From IMG/VR virus record IMGVR_UViG_2929701070_000001, positions 57,042-121,041 of that record: DNA of 64,000 nucleotides. One strand, 5' to 3'. This DNA is from a virus. Taxonomy: Duplodnaviria; Caudoviricetes. A program made the translations under genes and the position numbers. The stretch's first letter is position 1. Each line of letters begins with the position of its first letter. The notes below the pieces were generated by a model. The model ran no database searches, was not told the DNA's origin, and saw only the letters and a program-made list of their open reading frames with translations. Shown one piece after another: positions 53,240 through 61,764 of this stretch.

Positions 53240-53649
53240 CGGGCCGCCGCCTCGATGTAGGCGCGGGCCACGGCCAGCGCGCTGGGTTCGACATACACCG
53301 GCACCCGGCGCTCCGCGTTGAAGACCTCCCGGTCGAGCCACGCGGCGACCGCGAGGGCGACAGGCGGCTGCCAGGAGACGATGTGACGGGCGTTGCGCGG
53401 GTCACGGATCCCACCGAACCCACGGGCACCGCGCCGACCGGAGGCGACAACCTCGCTCGCCGGGGTGCCGGTGGGGTGGGCATTGGAGTAGATGCCGCTG
53501 GTGGCGTGCGAGTCCGGCGACCAGACAAGGCTGCTCGTCCACGGACCCTGGGTGGCCGCCACCGCATGTGCCTGCATGAGCTTTGAGGCGTGCCGCAGGA
53601 TTTCAACGTCGGTCATCTCGCCGACCGACGTGGTGGTGTTGGTCGTCAC
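53236..53649 (-). CDS. Ead/Ea22-like hypothetical protein
   Basis: AAT.GPW...A.HI..W.P.VALAVA.WL. Confidence 0.6.
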   Translation of the reverse strand: MTTNTTTSVGEMTDVEILRHASKLMQAHAVAATQGPWTSSLVWSPDSHATSGIYSNAHPTGTPASEVVASGRRGARGFGGIRDPRNARHIVSWQPPVALAVAAWLDREVFNAERRVPVYVEPSALAVARAYIEAAAR

Positions 53650-54176
53650 GCCGGAACCCCCGTCGTCAGCGCAGCCTCGGCAGACTCCATCGCCTCACGG
53701 GCGGCGTAGAACTCGGACAGCTTCCGCGGCTCCCATGAGCAGGAACCCTGCGGCTCGCCCTTGAACAGCGCCCACAGCGTGCCGCCGTGCTCGAAGAGTT
53801 CCGGGGCGCCGATGATGTTCTCGCGCCGGTAGTAGGCCGGCAGGCCGTGCTCACCCATGACACCGCGCAGGTCCGGCGGCTGGTGAGCGTCCATCCAGTG
53901 GCGGGCCGCATCACCGGCCCTGCCGCGGCGGGGCTCCAGCCGCTCACGGCTCTTGATGTACTGCCAGCCCTGCGGCGGGTCGGTCGGGTCGTCCGGCTCC
54001 AGGCCGACGAGGCGGGGCTTGCCGATCGGGCCGGAGATCATCAGTGCGCCCTTGTTCTTGCCCAACTTCTCGGCGTCTTCGCGGGCGCGGCGTCCGCCGT
54101 CGCGGAAGGCGTCGGCCGCGGCCTTGAACGCGGCGACGGTGGTCGGGTCGCTGGTGGAGTACACGTGCTCGGTCAT
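53646..54176 (-). CDS. hypothetical protein
   Basis: P.GW...PRR; KLSEFY..E; SD GGAGG. Confidence 0.6.
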   Translation of the reverse strand: MTEHVYSTSDPTTVAAFKAAADAFRDGGRRAREDAEKLGKNKGALMISGPIGKPRLVGLEPDDPTDPPQGWQYIKSRERLEPRRGRAGDAARHWMDAHQPPDLRGVMGEHGLPAYYRRENIIGAPELFEHGGTLWALFKGEPQGSCSWEPRKLSEFYAAREAMESAEAALTTGVPA

Positions 54177-54730
54177 GCGGTGACCTCCTGCTGGTTGGTG
54201 TGGTTGGGGGAGTAGGTCTGGATGTCGCCGTCGGGGGTGAGCAGCACCCAGCCGTGTACGGCGTGGTTGACGGGCACCTCAGCCGGGTTGTCGGTCTGCC
54301 GGATCGCCCACCCGTTGACGCGGGCCTCGGCGCGGCGCGACTCGACGTGCCCGTGGCAGCCCGTCGTCGCGGACCCGTCCAGCAGCACAAGGTTCGGCGG
54401 CTGGTTGGTGTCCGGCCGCAGGTCCCGGCCCTGCCTGGCGCGGCGGTGCTGGACACTCCAGTCCCGGCCCCGCTCACCGCGGATCGGGTCGCCGCAGCGG
54501 GCGCAGCGGCCTTGGTCGCGGCGGAATAGCAGCGTCACTGTCTCCGCCGACGGTCCCGTGTTGCGCGGCTGCTTCGGCGCCGGCTTCCGGTCCCGCTCGG
54601 CGGCGGTGCGGGACAAGCCCGATCCGGTGTTGGTGAACGTCGAGTAGGGGCTGGTGTTGCCGGCGGCGGCGAGCTCGGCCCGCCGCTTGTCGCCCATCGG
54701 CCGCATCCTGGTGCGGCGCTTGAGGCTCAC
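54173..54730 (-). CDS. HNH endonuclease
   Basis: RD.G.CA.CG...QHRR.R...N...NL..L.GS.TTGCHG.VE. Confidence 0.8.
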   Translation of the reverse strand: MSLKRRTRMRPMGDKRRAELAAAGNTSPYSTFTNTGSGLSRTAAERDRKPAPKQPRNTGPSAETVTLLFRRDQGRCARCGDPIRGERGRDWSVQHRRARQGRDLRPDTNQPPNLVLLDGSATTGCHGHVESRRAEARVNGWAIRQTDNPAEVPVNHAVHGWVLLTPDGDIQTYSPNHTNQQEVTA

Positions 54731-55929
54731 GCGATCGTCCCGTCGTTCACCTCGGCGAGGAACGTCTCCATGTCGAAGCCGTTGATCTCGTCGGAGGTCT
54801 TCTTGAACCGGGCGTAGATGCGCTGCTCCAGCGCCTCCGAGTTCCACCTGCGGGTGCCGGCGGCGGCCTGGATCTGCACCCACAGGGCGTCCTTGTCCGG
54901 CTCGATCTCCACCTCTACCGGCTCACCGGCATCGTCGGTGGCGGTCACCTGCGGCGCGGGCGGCTGCGCCGTCTGGGCGGGCGACGTCTTGGTCTGCTTC
55001 GACGCGGCACCAAGCGCGGCGGCTCGATCCTCCAGCACCTTCTTCGCCGCGTCGGTCAGCACACCGTCGTGGCCGGCGTCCTTCCACAGCGTCTGCAACT
55101 GCGGTACCGACGTGACCAGGGCGGCGAGGCGGATCACCTCGGCCTCGGTCAGCTTCTCCGTGTCCGGCTGTTCGGGGGCGGCGCCGATCGCGGCCAACTC
55201 CTGGGCGACCAGCGCCTGCCGGGCGGCCCGCCCGATCTGCCCGCCGAACGCCTGCGCCGGCGTGACAAAGTCGAAGTGCAGCACCGGCACCATGAACACC
55301 AGCGACTCGACCTGCTCTGACTGCGGCTTGTTCGGGTGGAACAGCTTCTTCTCCCGCCGCTGCACCTCCAGCCGGGCGGGGATGGGCTGCGGCGCGTTGG
55401 CGATGGACTCGGCGAGCATCGGCAGCTCAGCGGCGGCGTTCCAGCCGTGGCTTTCGAGTTTCCAGGTGCCCAGCGACGGAATGTCGGCCAGCATCAGCGA
55501 CATGCGGGTGGTCGGCTTGCACACCTCGCCCGGCTTCAAGTCGCGGCCGGCAGCCTGCGCAGCGGCCCGCACCGGCTCGCAAAGGCACGGCTTCTGCCGG
55601 ATCCGCTCGACCTCGCCGTCGCACATGCGGGAGCGGAACCCGTTGCCCCACAGCTCGTAGTTGGGGTCGATGTTCTGCGGCGGAACCAGCACGCGGATCT
55701 CACGCGCCTGGGTGATCACCTCGAACTGCGGGCCCTGCGGCGAATCCCACGGCCGCAGCGTGCCACCGAATGCCCCGGCGACCGCCTCGATGAGGGTCTG
55801 CGAAGGGGAGGTGAACCGCAGCGTCTCCAGCTTCGCCGGGTAGTTCTTGCCACGGGCGGACACGCGCTGCTCGCCGAGGCGAATCACCCCAACCTGGGTG
55901 AGGCGCCGCTGCAACTCCTTGATAGGCAT
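54727..55929 (-). CDS. phiC31 Gp3-like / recombination directionality factor-like protein
   Basis: QRR...G.IRLG, P.KL...RFTS, ELW......R.CDG, CKPTTR...L...G.W.L.SHG.NAA.EL, F.VP. Confidence 0.75.
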   Translation of the reverse strand: MPIKELQRRLTQVGVIRLGEQRVSARGKNYPAKLETLRFTSPSQTLIEAVAGAFGGTLRPWDSPQGPQFEVITQAREIRVLVPPQNIDPNYELWGNGFRSRMCDGEVERIRQKPCLCEPVRAAAQAAGRDLKPGEVCKPTTRMSLMLADIPSLGTWKLESHGWNAAAELPMLAESIANAPQPIPARLEVQRREKKLFHPNKPQSEQVESLVFMVPVLHFDFVTPAQAFGGQIGRAARQALVAQELAAIGAAPEQPDTEKLTEAEVIRLAALVTSVPQLQTLWKDAGHDGVLTDAAKKVLEDRAAALGAASKQTKTSPAQTAQPPAPQVTATDDAGEPVEVEIEPDKDALWVQIQAAAGTRRWNSEALEQRIYARFKKTSDEINGFDMETFLAEVNDGTIA

Positions 55930-55946
55930 GTGGTGTCTCCTCGCTG

Positions 55947-56984
55947 TCAGGCAGCGGCCGGCGCGGCGGCGGCCTCGCGGTCTGCCTTGCGCTTGCGGGC
56001 GGCGGTGGTTTCGGGAAGCACGAACGTGCGGGAGCTGACGGCGGCCGGACCGACCTCGATCAGCCACTTGGCGAGGCCGAGCGCGTGCAGAAAGCCGTCC
56101 CGGTAGGTTTCCTCGGTGGTGAGGACCAGCCGGGGGGTGTAGCCGTCGGGGCGCAGCTGCACGAGCATCCCGCCGTCGGTGGCGGGCATCGGCTCCTCGT
56201 ACTCGGAGTTCTTGACGCGGATGACCGGGGCGTGCCGGTAGCCGGTGACCTGGAGAGCCTGCTCCGGGTAGAACTTCGGCTTCTCACCCTCGCGGGTCTT
56301 GAAGTCGATGATCAGGGTGACGGTGAGCCCGAGCCGCTTGGCCTTCTTCCAGTTCACCCCGGTCAGCCGGGACACCAGCTTCGCGGCCAGGTCGGTACGC
56401 GACGCGTCGATGACGACGATCCCGTCGGTGGTGCCGGCGTACCCGGCGTCGCGGTTGACAACCAGCGCTTCGGAGACCAGGAACGACTCGGGGGTCAGCC
56501 CGTAGTCGGCGACGAACTGCTCGAATGCCTTCACGTACGGGGTGATCTCCCCGTCGTAAGGCTTGATCTCCCCGTGGTACGACCACCACTCCACGACATC
56601 GTGCACGGCCTTGCCTTCGTCGGCGCGTCGGGCGCTCTCCGCGAGGTGGCGGCCCGCTAACCAGTGGGCCACGCACTCGCGGCACTCGACGCACGGGCAC
56701 CGGTCGCAGCGTTCCTCCCGGCTGTGCCCGCCGTCGCCGGCGCACTTGCTCCAGGTGTTGCCGCAGGGCTTGATTCGGGAGGCTATGACCACGGTGGGCA
56801 GCTCGGCGAACGCGGCGTCGGCGGCGACCTGAGCAGCCCAGCGGAGCAGCGCTTCGCTGCCGATGACCCCGGTCGCGGTGGTCACGGAAATCAGCCGCAG
56901 GTCATCGATCAGGTAGAACCGCATGTCGCCGACCATTTCGGTGCCGTGGAACACCGGGGCCGCCGACGCGATAGTGAGGGTCAT
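55947..56984 (-). CDS. PD-(D/E)XK Cas4-like exonuclease
   Basis: SVTT, L..WAA, G..VH, E......YAGT.D, DFKT, LQ..Y. Confidence 0.8.
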   Translation of the reverse strand: MTLTIASAAPVFHGTEMVGDMRFYLIDDLRLISVTTATGVIGSEALLRWAAQVAADAAFAELPTVVIASRIKPCGNTWSKCAGDGGHSREERCDRCPCVECRECVAHWLAGRHLAESARRADEGKAVHDVVEWWSYHGEIKPYDGEITPYVKAFEQFVADYGLTPESFLVSEALVVNRDAGYAGTTDGIVVIDASRTDLAAKLVSRLTGVNWKKAKRLGLTVTLIIDFKTREGEKPKFYPEQALQVTGYRHAPVIRVKNSEYEEPMPATDGGMLVQLRPDGYTPRLVLTTEETYRDGFLHALGLAKWLIEVGPAAVSSRTFVLPETTAARKRKADREAAAAPAAA

Positions 56985-57190
56985 CAGACGTCGTCCCGTC
57001 GCACGAAGGCCATGTCGTAGTCGAGGTCGGCGGTGCGGCAGGCCGGTTTGTCGCAGCCGGTCAGCAGCCCCGCCACCGGGTCGCCGCAGTGCGGGCAGGT
57101 GACGGGTTGCGGCAGGTTGCAGGGGCCGCCCGGCCACGGCGGGGGGATCGGCACGCCCGGTTTCGGGTCAGCGATGACAGCGAGCGGCAT
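56984..57190 (-). CDS. small Zn-ribbon protein
   Basis: CPHCG...C...C; SD GAGGAG. Confidence 0.5.
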   Translation of the reverse strand: MPLAVIADPKPGVPIPPPWPGGPCNLPQPVTCPHCGDPVAGLLTGCDKPACRTADLDYDMAFVRRDDV

Positions 57191-57302
57191 CAGTTCTCCT
57201 CGCCGACGAGCAGGCCGGACAGGGGCAGGTCGTGCAGGACGCAGCCGTCGGTGTTGGTCTGCCCGTCCGGGTCGGTCGTGCAGGTGCACTGCGGGTCGGC
57301 GA

Positions 57303-57623
57303 TCACAGCGGCACCTCACGCAGCTCGGCCAGCCAGGACGGCTCGTAGTGGCATCCCGCTTCGATGACCGCGCCGACGAACACACCCGGGCCGCGGTGAT
57401 CGGCGCGCACCAGGTGCCACGCATACTCGCCGGTCCAGTCGGGGTTGACGCGCAGCAGTTGCGGGGTCGGCGGCTGGACGGAGTGCTCCCATCCCTCACG
57501 GATGCCGAGCGACCATGCGAGTGCGGTGAACACGTCGGGGTCACCGTCGTATCGGACGTAGCCCAGCCATCGGCCGTTCTCGTCATCGATCGGGGCGGCA
57601 GCGAAGGGTTTGCGGCTCGTCAC
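57303..57623 (-). CDS. hypothetical protein
   Basis: GTGA coupling; SD GAGGA. Confidence 0.5.
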   Translation of the reverse strand: MTSRKPFAAAPIDDENGRWLGYVRYDGDPDVFTALAWSLGIREGWEHSVQPPTPQLLRVNPDWTGEYAWHLVRADHRGPGVFVGAVIEAGCHYEPSWLAELREVPL

Positions 57624-57823
57624 GCCTCGTCCTCCTCGGTGGCCGGGCGGAACATGTCGGCGGTGTCGCCGGGCCGCAGGAAGTCCTCCACCGGGGCGGG
57701 CCACGGCATGTACATGCGCTGCTTCGGTTCGGCGTTGTTCCAGGCGTCGACCATGGCGATCTGCCGCCGGACGGCTGCCTGGTAGCGGGTGTCTCGGCGC
57801 GGCTTGCTGGTGGCCTTGGACAT
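57620..57823 (-). CDS. hypothetical protein
   Basis: SD GGAG; first gene after a leftward promoter. Confidence 0.55.
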   Translation of the reverse strand: MSKATSKPRRDTRYQAAVRRQIAMVDAWNNAEPKQRMYMPWPAPVEDFLRPGDTADMFRPATEEDEA

Positions 57824-57826
57824 ACG

Positions 57827-58447
57827 TCACCGACTCCAGAGGTAGGTGGATGTTCGGCTGGCGGGCTCGGGAGGTGACGTCCAGTCCGCTCTGCCGTATG
57901 CTCCCATCCTATGTACATCACGCCTAGTTGTACAAGTAGACGGGGCGGTAGAGTTTGCTCCGTGGACATGAAGGAAGACTTGGTCGTCTCCGAAGCACGG
58001 GCGAACCTCACCGACGTGCTCTCCCACGTCCGCCTGCTGCGCTGGACCGTCTTCCTGCTGAATCGCCGGACCGCCGTGGCAGCCATCGTCCCGATCGAGC
58101 TGGGACGGCTGATCCGTCGAGCCGGGGGTGCCGACCGGGCTGCGGAGATCCTGCGCGCCCACCTCGGACCCGAGCCTGATGACGAGGAAAGCTGACGCCA
58201 GCTCGGCAGCCCACCGGGGCAGCACACCCGCCCGCTCCGCCAGCTTCCCCACGCACGCCGAGCACCACGACAACCCGGCCGGTGGTGCCGCTGGCATCGG
58301 ATCCAGGATCACCGGCTCCGAGTTGCGGACACCCCACCCGTGCACGCCGCACTCCGCGGACCGGCCGGGGAACTTCCCGTCCTCCCGCATGATGTGCAAG
58401 CGGGTGGTCCGCGACGACTGGTAGCCCCGATAGAAAGCGCGTGCCAT
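57827..58447 (-). CDS. hypothetical Zn-binding protein; C-terminal half overlaps the Phd-like gene antisense (possibly a readthrough extension)
   Basis: LHI...CG...P.GL.WC..C.G..AE..G; TGATG coupling to upstream gene. Confidence 0.5.
   Translation of the reverse strand: MARAFYRGYQSSRTTRLHIMREDGKFPGRSAECGVHGWGVRNSEPVILDPMPAAPPAGLSWCSACVGKLAERAGVLPRWAAELASAFLVIRLGSEVGAQDLRSPVGTPGSTDQPSQLDRDDGCHGGPAIQQEDGPAQQADVGEHVGEVRPCFGDDQVFLHVHGANSTAPSTCTTRRDVHRMGAYGRADWTSPPEPASRTSTYLWSR
57906..57954. promoter_or_regulatory. divergent promoter region with two TGTACA palindromes
   Basis: minus strand TTGTAC-N18-TAGGAT; plus strand TAGAGT 7 nt before GTG 57962; TGTACA at 57912 and 57929. Confidence 0.55.
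57962..58195 (+). CDS. Phd/YefM-family protein without a toxin partner
   Basis: V.VSEARANLTDVL..V......L..R...VAAIVP.E. Confidence 0.7.
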   Translation: MDMKEDLVVSEARANLTDVLSHVRLLRWTVFLLNRRTAVAAIVPIELGRLIRRAGGADRAAEILRAHLGPEPDDEES

Positions 58448-58866
58448 CAGATCGCCGCCACCAGCAGCGCGGACACGAACAGGCACCCGATGTGAAGGGA
58501 CTGGTCGGCCAAATACCCGCCGTGCAGCGGTGTCTGTGAGGCGGCGAATGCCCGCGACCCGGTGTGCTCCAGGATCCAGCGGACCGGCCACCGCCGGTCC
58601 AGGAAGCCGTGCGTCACAGCCGAGAAGGCGAGCCCGACCGCGCATCCGGTGAAGGTGAGCGGCACACCGGCGGCTGCCAGCCCGCCGAGCGCCACCACCA
58701 TGCAGGCGTGGTAGCTGGCCAGGTGTCCCGCCATGGCCCGTACACCCAGCCAGCCCGGCTCGGCCTTGTTCTTGGCCTGCCAGTCTGTCTGCGCCGCATG
58801 GTCACCGACGTGGTGGCCGGCGAACAGGGCGCAGAATACGGCGGCGATGACGGCAGCCTCAGCCAC
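58447..58866 (-). CDS. DUF3307 membrane protein
   Basis: H.VGD...QT..QA..K, H...Y, H..LD, DQ..H. Confidence 0.85.
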   Translation of the reverse strand: MAEAAVIAAVFCALFAGHHVGDHAAQTDWQAKNKAEPGWLGVRAMAGHLASYHACMVVALGGLAAAGVPLTFTGCAVGLAFSAVTHGFLDRRWPVRWILEHTGSRAFAASQTPLHGGYLADQSLHIGCLFVSALLVAAI

Positions 58867-59143
58867 GGCGCACCGCCCGCTGCCGGGGGATGAGCATGGT
58901 GGCGTCCGGCCGGTCGGCGCAGCGGGGCAGCATCTCCGTCACCGGCTCCCGCCGCGGCCCCATCGAGGGATGCCAGTAGCCCTGCGGCACCCGTACCCGG
59001 CCGACCGCTGGCCCGTGCTCGGCGGCCACCTCGGCGCGGAAGCGGCGCACCGCGAACCGCAGCCACTTCACGGCGCCGACGATCAGCAGCCCACCGATGA
59101 TGTAGCCGGCTGCGCCCGGGTCGACCGGATTCAGCCAGCCCAT
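58859..59143 (-). CDS. small membrane protein
   Basis: one hydrophobic segment; TGATG coupling. Confidence 0.5.
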   Translation of the reverse strand: MGWLNPVDPGAAGYIIGGLLIVGAVKWLRFAVRRFRAEVAAEHGPAVGRVRVPQGYWHPSMGPRREPVTEMLPRCADRPDATMLIPRQRAVRRG

Positions 59144-59433
59144 CAGCGGGTCACCTGCTCGATGAACACGGTGTCGTCGTCCGCGGTGTTCGCCGCCGCA
59201 CGCTGGTATTGGGGTGCGTGGATGGTGCCGGTGCGCGGACCGTGACTGCGGGGCCGCGGCAACTCCACTGTCTCCGCGCATTCCCGCGACTCCGCCGGCG
59301 TGGTGTCGGCGGGCCGAGGCCGCAGCACCCACACTGCGAACCACACCGCCGCGAGGGTGACCACCACCCACGCCACGAAGGCGACCAGCACGTCTTCGGC
59401 GGTGACGAAGTACACCTCGATCGGTTCAGGCAT
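59143..59433 (-). CDS. small membrane protein
   Basis: SD AAGGAG; one hydrophobic segment. Confidence 0.55.
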   Translation of the reverse strand: MPEPIEVYFVTAEDVLVAFVAWVVVTLAAVWFAVWVLRPRPADTTPAESRECAETVELPRPRSHGPRTGTIHAPQYQRAAANTADDDTVFIEQVTR

Positions 59434-59803
59434 GGGTGGTCTCCTTCGGGTTGGGAAGCGTGGGGGACAGCAGCGCGCACAGTTCGGCGGCTTGCTCGGG
59501 CGGAAGATGCTGCCGCGCCCAGTCGTGGCCGAGCCGGTTGCGGTGCGCGAGCTGGTTGCCGAACAGCCGTTCCCGCCGGTTCTGGGCGATGACCGCCTGG
59601 TTGGCGGCGTCGACCGCCTCCGCTTCACGCCGCAGGGCGGTGTTGCTGGCGCGGGCGGCGGCGAGCTCGGCGTCGTGGCGGGCTTTCTCCTGACGCAGCG
59701 CGGACACCAGCCGATCGGTGCGGGCCTCCAGGTCGACCACGAGCAGGGCGAGGGTGGCCTGTTTGGACAGGAAGGCGCGCAGCCACCGCCAAGCACGGAT
59801 CAC
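59426..59803 (-). CDS. coiled-coil hypothetical protein
   Basis: GTGA coupling. Confidence 0.5.
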   Translation of the reverse strand: MIRAWRWLRAFLSKQATLALLVVDLEARTDRLVSALRQEKARHDAELAAARASNTALRREAEAVDAANQAVIAQNRRERLFGNQLAHRNRLGHDWARQHLPPEQAAELCALLSPTLPNPKETTHA

Positions 59804-60000
59804 CGCACACCACCCCGGGCCGCGGCGGACAATCGGGCGCGGGCCGCCTGCCGGTGCCGCTCATACCGGCCCACCGCCGACCGCAAGCGCGCGTTCTCCC
59901 GCACCAGCCGCCCGTTCGCCGCTTCTAGGCCGCGGATACGCAGCGCCGCATCCACGCGTCCGGCCAGCACCGGAAACACCGCTCCAACCAAGGCCCTCAC
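59800..60000 (-). CDS. hypothetical protein
   Basis: GTGA coupling. Confidence 0.45.
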   Translation of the reverse strand: MRALVGAVFPVLAGRVDAALRIRGLEAANGRLVRENARLRSAVGRYERHRQAARARLSAAARGGVR

Positions 60001-60548
60001 GACGGTGCCCCCTGCTGCACGGGAATCAGGCCGGTCGCGGCGGGGTCGGTGACGCGTTCTACCGCGTACCGGTGCAGGTAGTCGTTGCGTCGGTGCACCG
60101 CGGCGGTGAAGTCGTCGGCGCCGGTCAGGTCAACGTCGGGTTCCATCGGCACCCGACCGGCCGGCTTGGCGGGGGCAGCCGGGTTGGTGGGCCAGGTGAA
60201 CGCGTTGACGTCCCGCCCCGCATGGTCGACCGGCGGCTGCACCACCACAGGCGCCGCTGCCGGTCGGGAGACCGACCGTCGGACCCGGGCGGACACCTGC
60301 GCCACCGCCGGCCGCAGCCGCGACCACACGCCTGGCTGCACCGCCGGCAGCCACGACGGCCGCCCCAACCGGGCCGCCACGATCGCCGGCCGCCACCGCG
60401 CCAGCAGCGGCTCCGACTCGACGGTCACCTCCCGGTCCCGGGCACGGTCGGCCATCTCGTCGCGGTACAGAAACCCGAGCGCCGTCACCGACGCGCCGAT
60501 CACCGCGCAGATCCCACCGAACGACGCGAATGCCAGCAGGTCACTCAC
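59997..60548 (-). CDS. membrane-anchored hypothetical protein
   Basis: N-terminal hydrophobic segment; GTGA coupling. Confidence 0.5.
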   Translation of the reverse strand: MSDLLAFASFGGICAVIGASVTALGFLYRDEMADRARDREVTVESEPLLARWRPAIVAARLGRPSWLPAVQPGVWSRLRPAVAQVSARVRRSVSRPAAAPVVVQPPVDHAGRDVNAFTWPTNPAAPAKPAGRVPMEPDVDLTGADDFTAAVHRRNDYLHRYAVERVTDPAATGLIPVQQGAPS

Positions 60549-60844
60549 AGCCCCACCGCCGCCCGCACCGACCCGCGCCGCGCTGGCGTCGGACCGGCCT
60601 GCCGGTTCCGGGCCCGCATGTCCGGGTGCTGCCGAGAGACGTAACGCTGCTGCATCGGCGGCAGCGTGGCCGTCGGACCGTCGACCTGCCGCGGCGACGG
60701 CATGTTCGCGTACGACACCCGGGCAACGCCGATAGGGCGGGCCGGCGGGACGACACCCGCGTTCAGGGGCGACGCGGCAGCGGCGTCGGGACGGCGAGTT
60801 GCGTTCTGCAACATGCGGGCCAGTCGGGATTTCAGGGATGGCAT
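60545..60844 (-). CDS. hypothetical protein
   Basis: SD GAGGGGAG. Confidence 0.45.
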   Translation of the reverse strand: MPSLKSRLARMLQNATRRPDAAAASPLNAGVVPPARPIGVARVSYANMPSPRQVDGPTATLPPMQQRYVSRQHPDMRARNRQAGPTPARRGSVRAAVGL

Positions 60845-60870
60845 GCTGTGCTCCCCTCAGAAAGGGACGG

Positions 60871-61248
60871 TCAGGGGTTAGAGATGGCGCGGGTGCGCGC
60901 CGCGACACCGCTGCTGGGGGTGACGGTGTCGGCTTTGTGGTCATGCACGGCGGCCGGCGAGTAGTAGCCGCCGTTGTCCGGCATCAGCCGGCTGTCATCG
61001 GCCCACCGGCCGTCGGTTTCAACGCCGTACCGGTAGGTGAGTTCGTCTTCCAGCGCGGCGACCCGCGCGTCCTTCGCCGCGAGTTCGGCGGCGGTAGCCT
61101 GGCGGTCGCGGTGGCGATCCCATCGGCCCGCCAGGTAGGTGACACCCATCAGCAGCACCGCAGCCGCAACCACATGCCCGGCCGCGAGCAGAACAGCAGC
61201 AGCCACGAACAGGGCCACGGCGGCGGCCCAGCCGACGCGGGCGCTCAC
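60871..61248 (-). CDS. membrane protein
   Basis: two N-terminal hydrophobic segments plus coiled coil. Confidence 0.5.
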   Translation of the reverse strand: MSARVGWAAAVALFVAAAVLLAAGHVVAAAVLLMGVTYLAGRWDRHRDRQATAAELAAKDARVAALEDELTYRYGVETDGRWADDSRLMPDNGGYYSPAAVHDHKADTVTPSSGVAARTRAISNP

Positions 61249-61448
61249 GCCGCCACCCCGGCGGACGTCTCACGCGGCTGCGCCTCCCAGCCGGTCGGCT
61301 CACCGGTCAGCGGGTCGACACACACCAGCCGGTTCGGGGTGTGCAGCCAGCGTGACACTGTCGCCGACCCGTCGGCCTGCAACCGCACCACCGGCTCACC
61401 ACAGTGCCGGCAGGTGCGGGGGGCGCCCTCATGCCGTGCCCGGATCAA
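61245..61448 (-). CDS. small Zn-ribbon protein
   Basis: C.HCG.P...W.H....C. Confidence 0.5.
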   Translation of the reverse strand: MIRARHEGAPRTCRHCGEPVVRLQADGSATVSRWLHTPNRLVCVDPLTGEPTGWEAQPRETSAGVAA

Positions 61449-61633
61449 CGCTCACCGCCGGCCGGCACGATCTCGCGGCGCAGCCCGCCGTCCAGCGTCG
61501 ACCACCGCGGATCCGACTCGGCCATCCACTGCCGGGCCGCCGCCTCCTCCACCTCGTCGGCGATTGGCACCGACCGCACCACCCGCACACCACCGTCACG
61601 GGCGGCAGTGATCCGCAACTCCATGCCCATCAC
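61445..61633 (-). CDS. hypothetical protein
   Basis: coupled ORF. Confidence 0.4.
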   Translation of the reverse strand: MMGMELRITAARDGGVRVVRSVPIADEVEEAAARQWMAESDPRWSTLDGGLRREIVPAGGER

Positions 61634-61764
61634 GCCACGCCGCCGTTCCAGGCGAGCAGCACCACGACGATCACGACGACGGCACAGCCGCCAGCTGCCG
61701 CCAGCAGCCCGTCCACATAGCGGTCTCGGCGGCGGCGCCGCTCATCCCGGGAGAAGTCGCTCAC
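61630..61764 (-). CDS. small single-pass membrane peptide
   Basis: SD GGAGG; basic N-terminus plus hydrophobic segment. Confidence 0.4.
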   Translation of the reverse strand: MSDFSRDERRRRRDRYVDGLLAAAGGCAVVVIVVVLLAWNGGVA

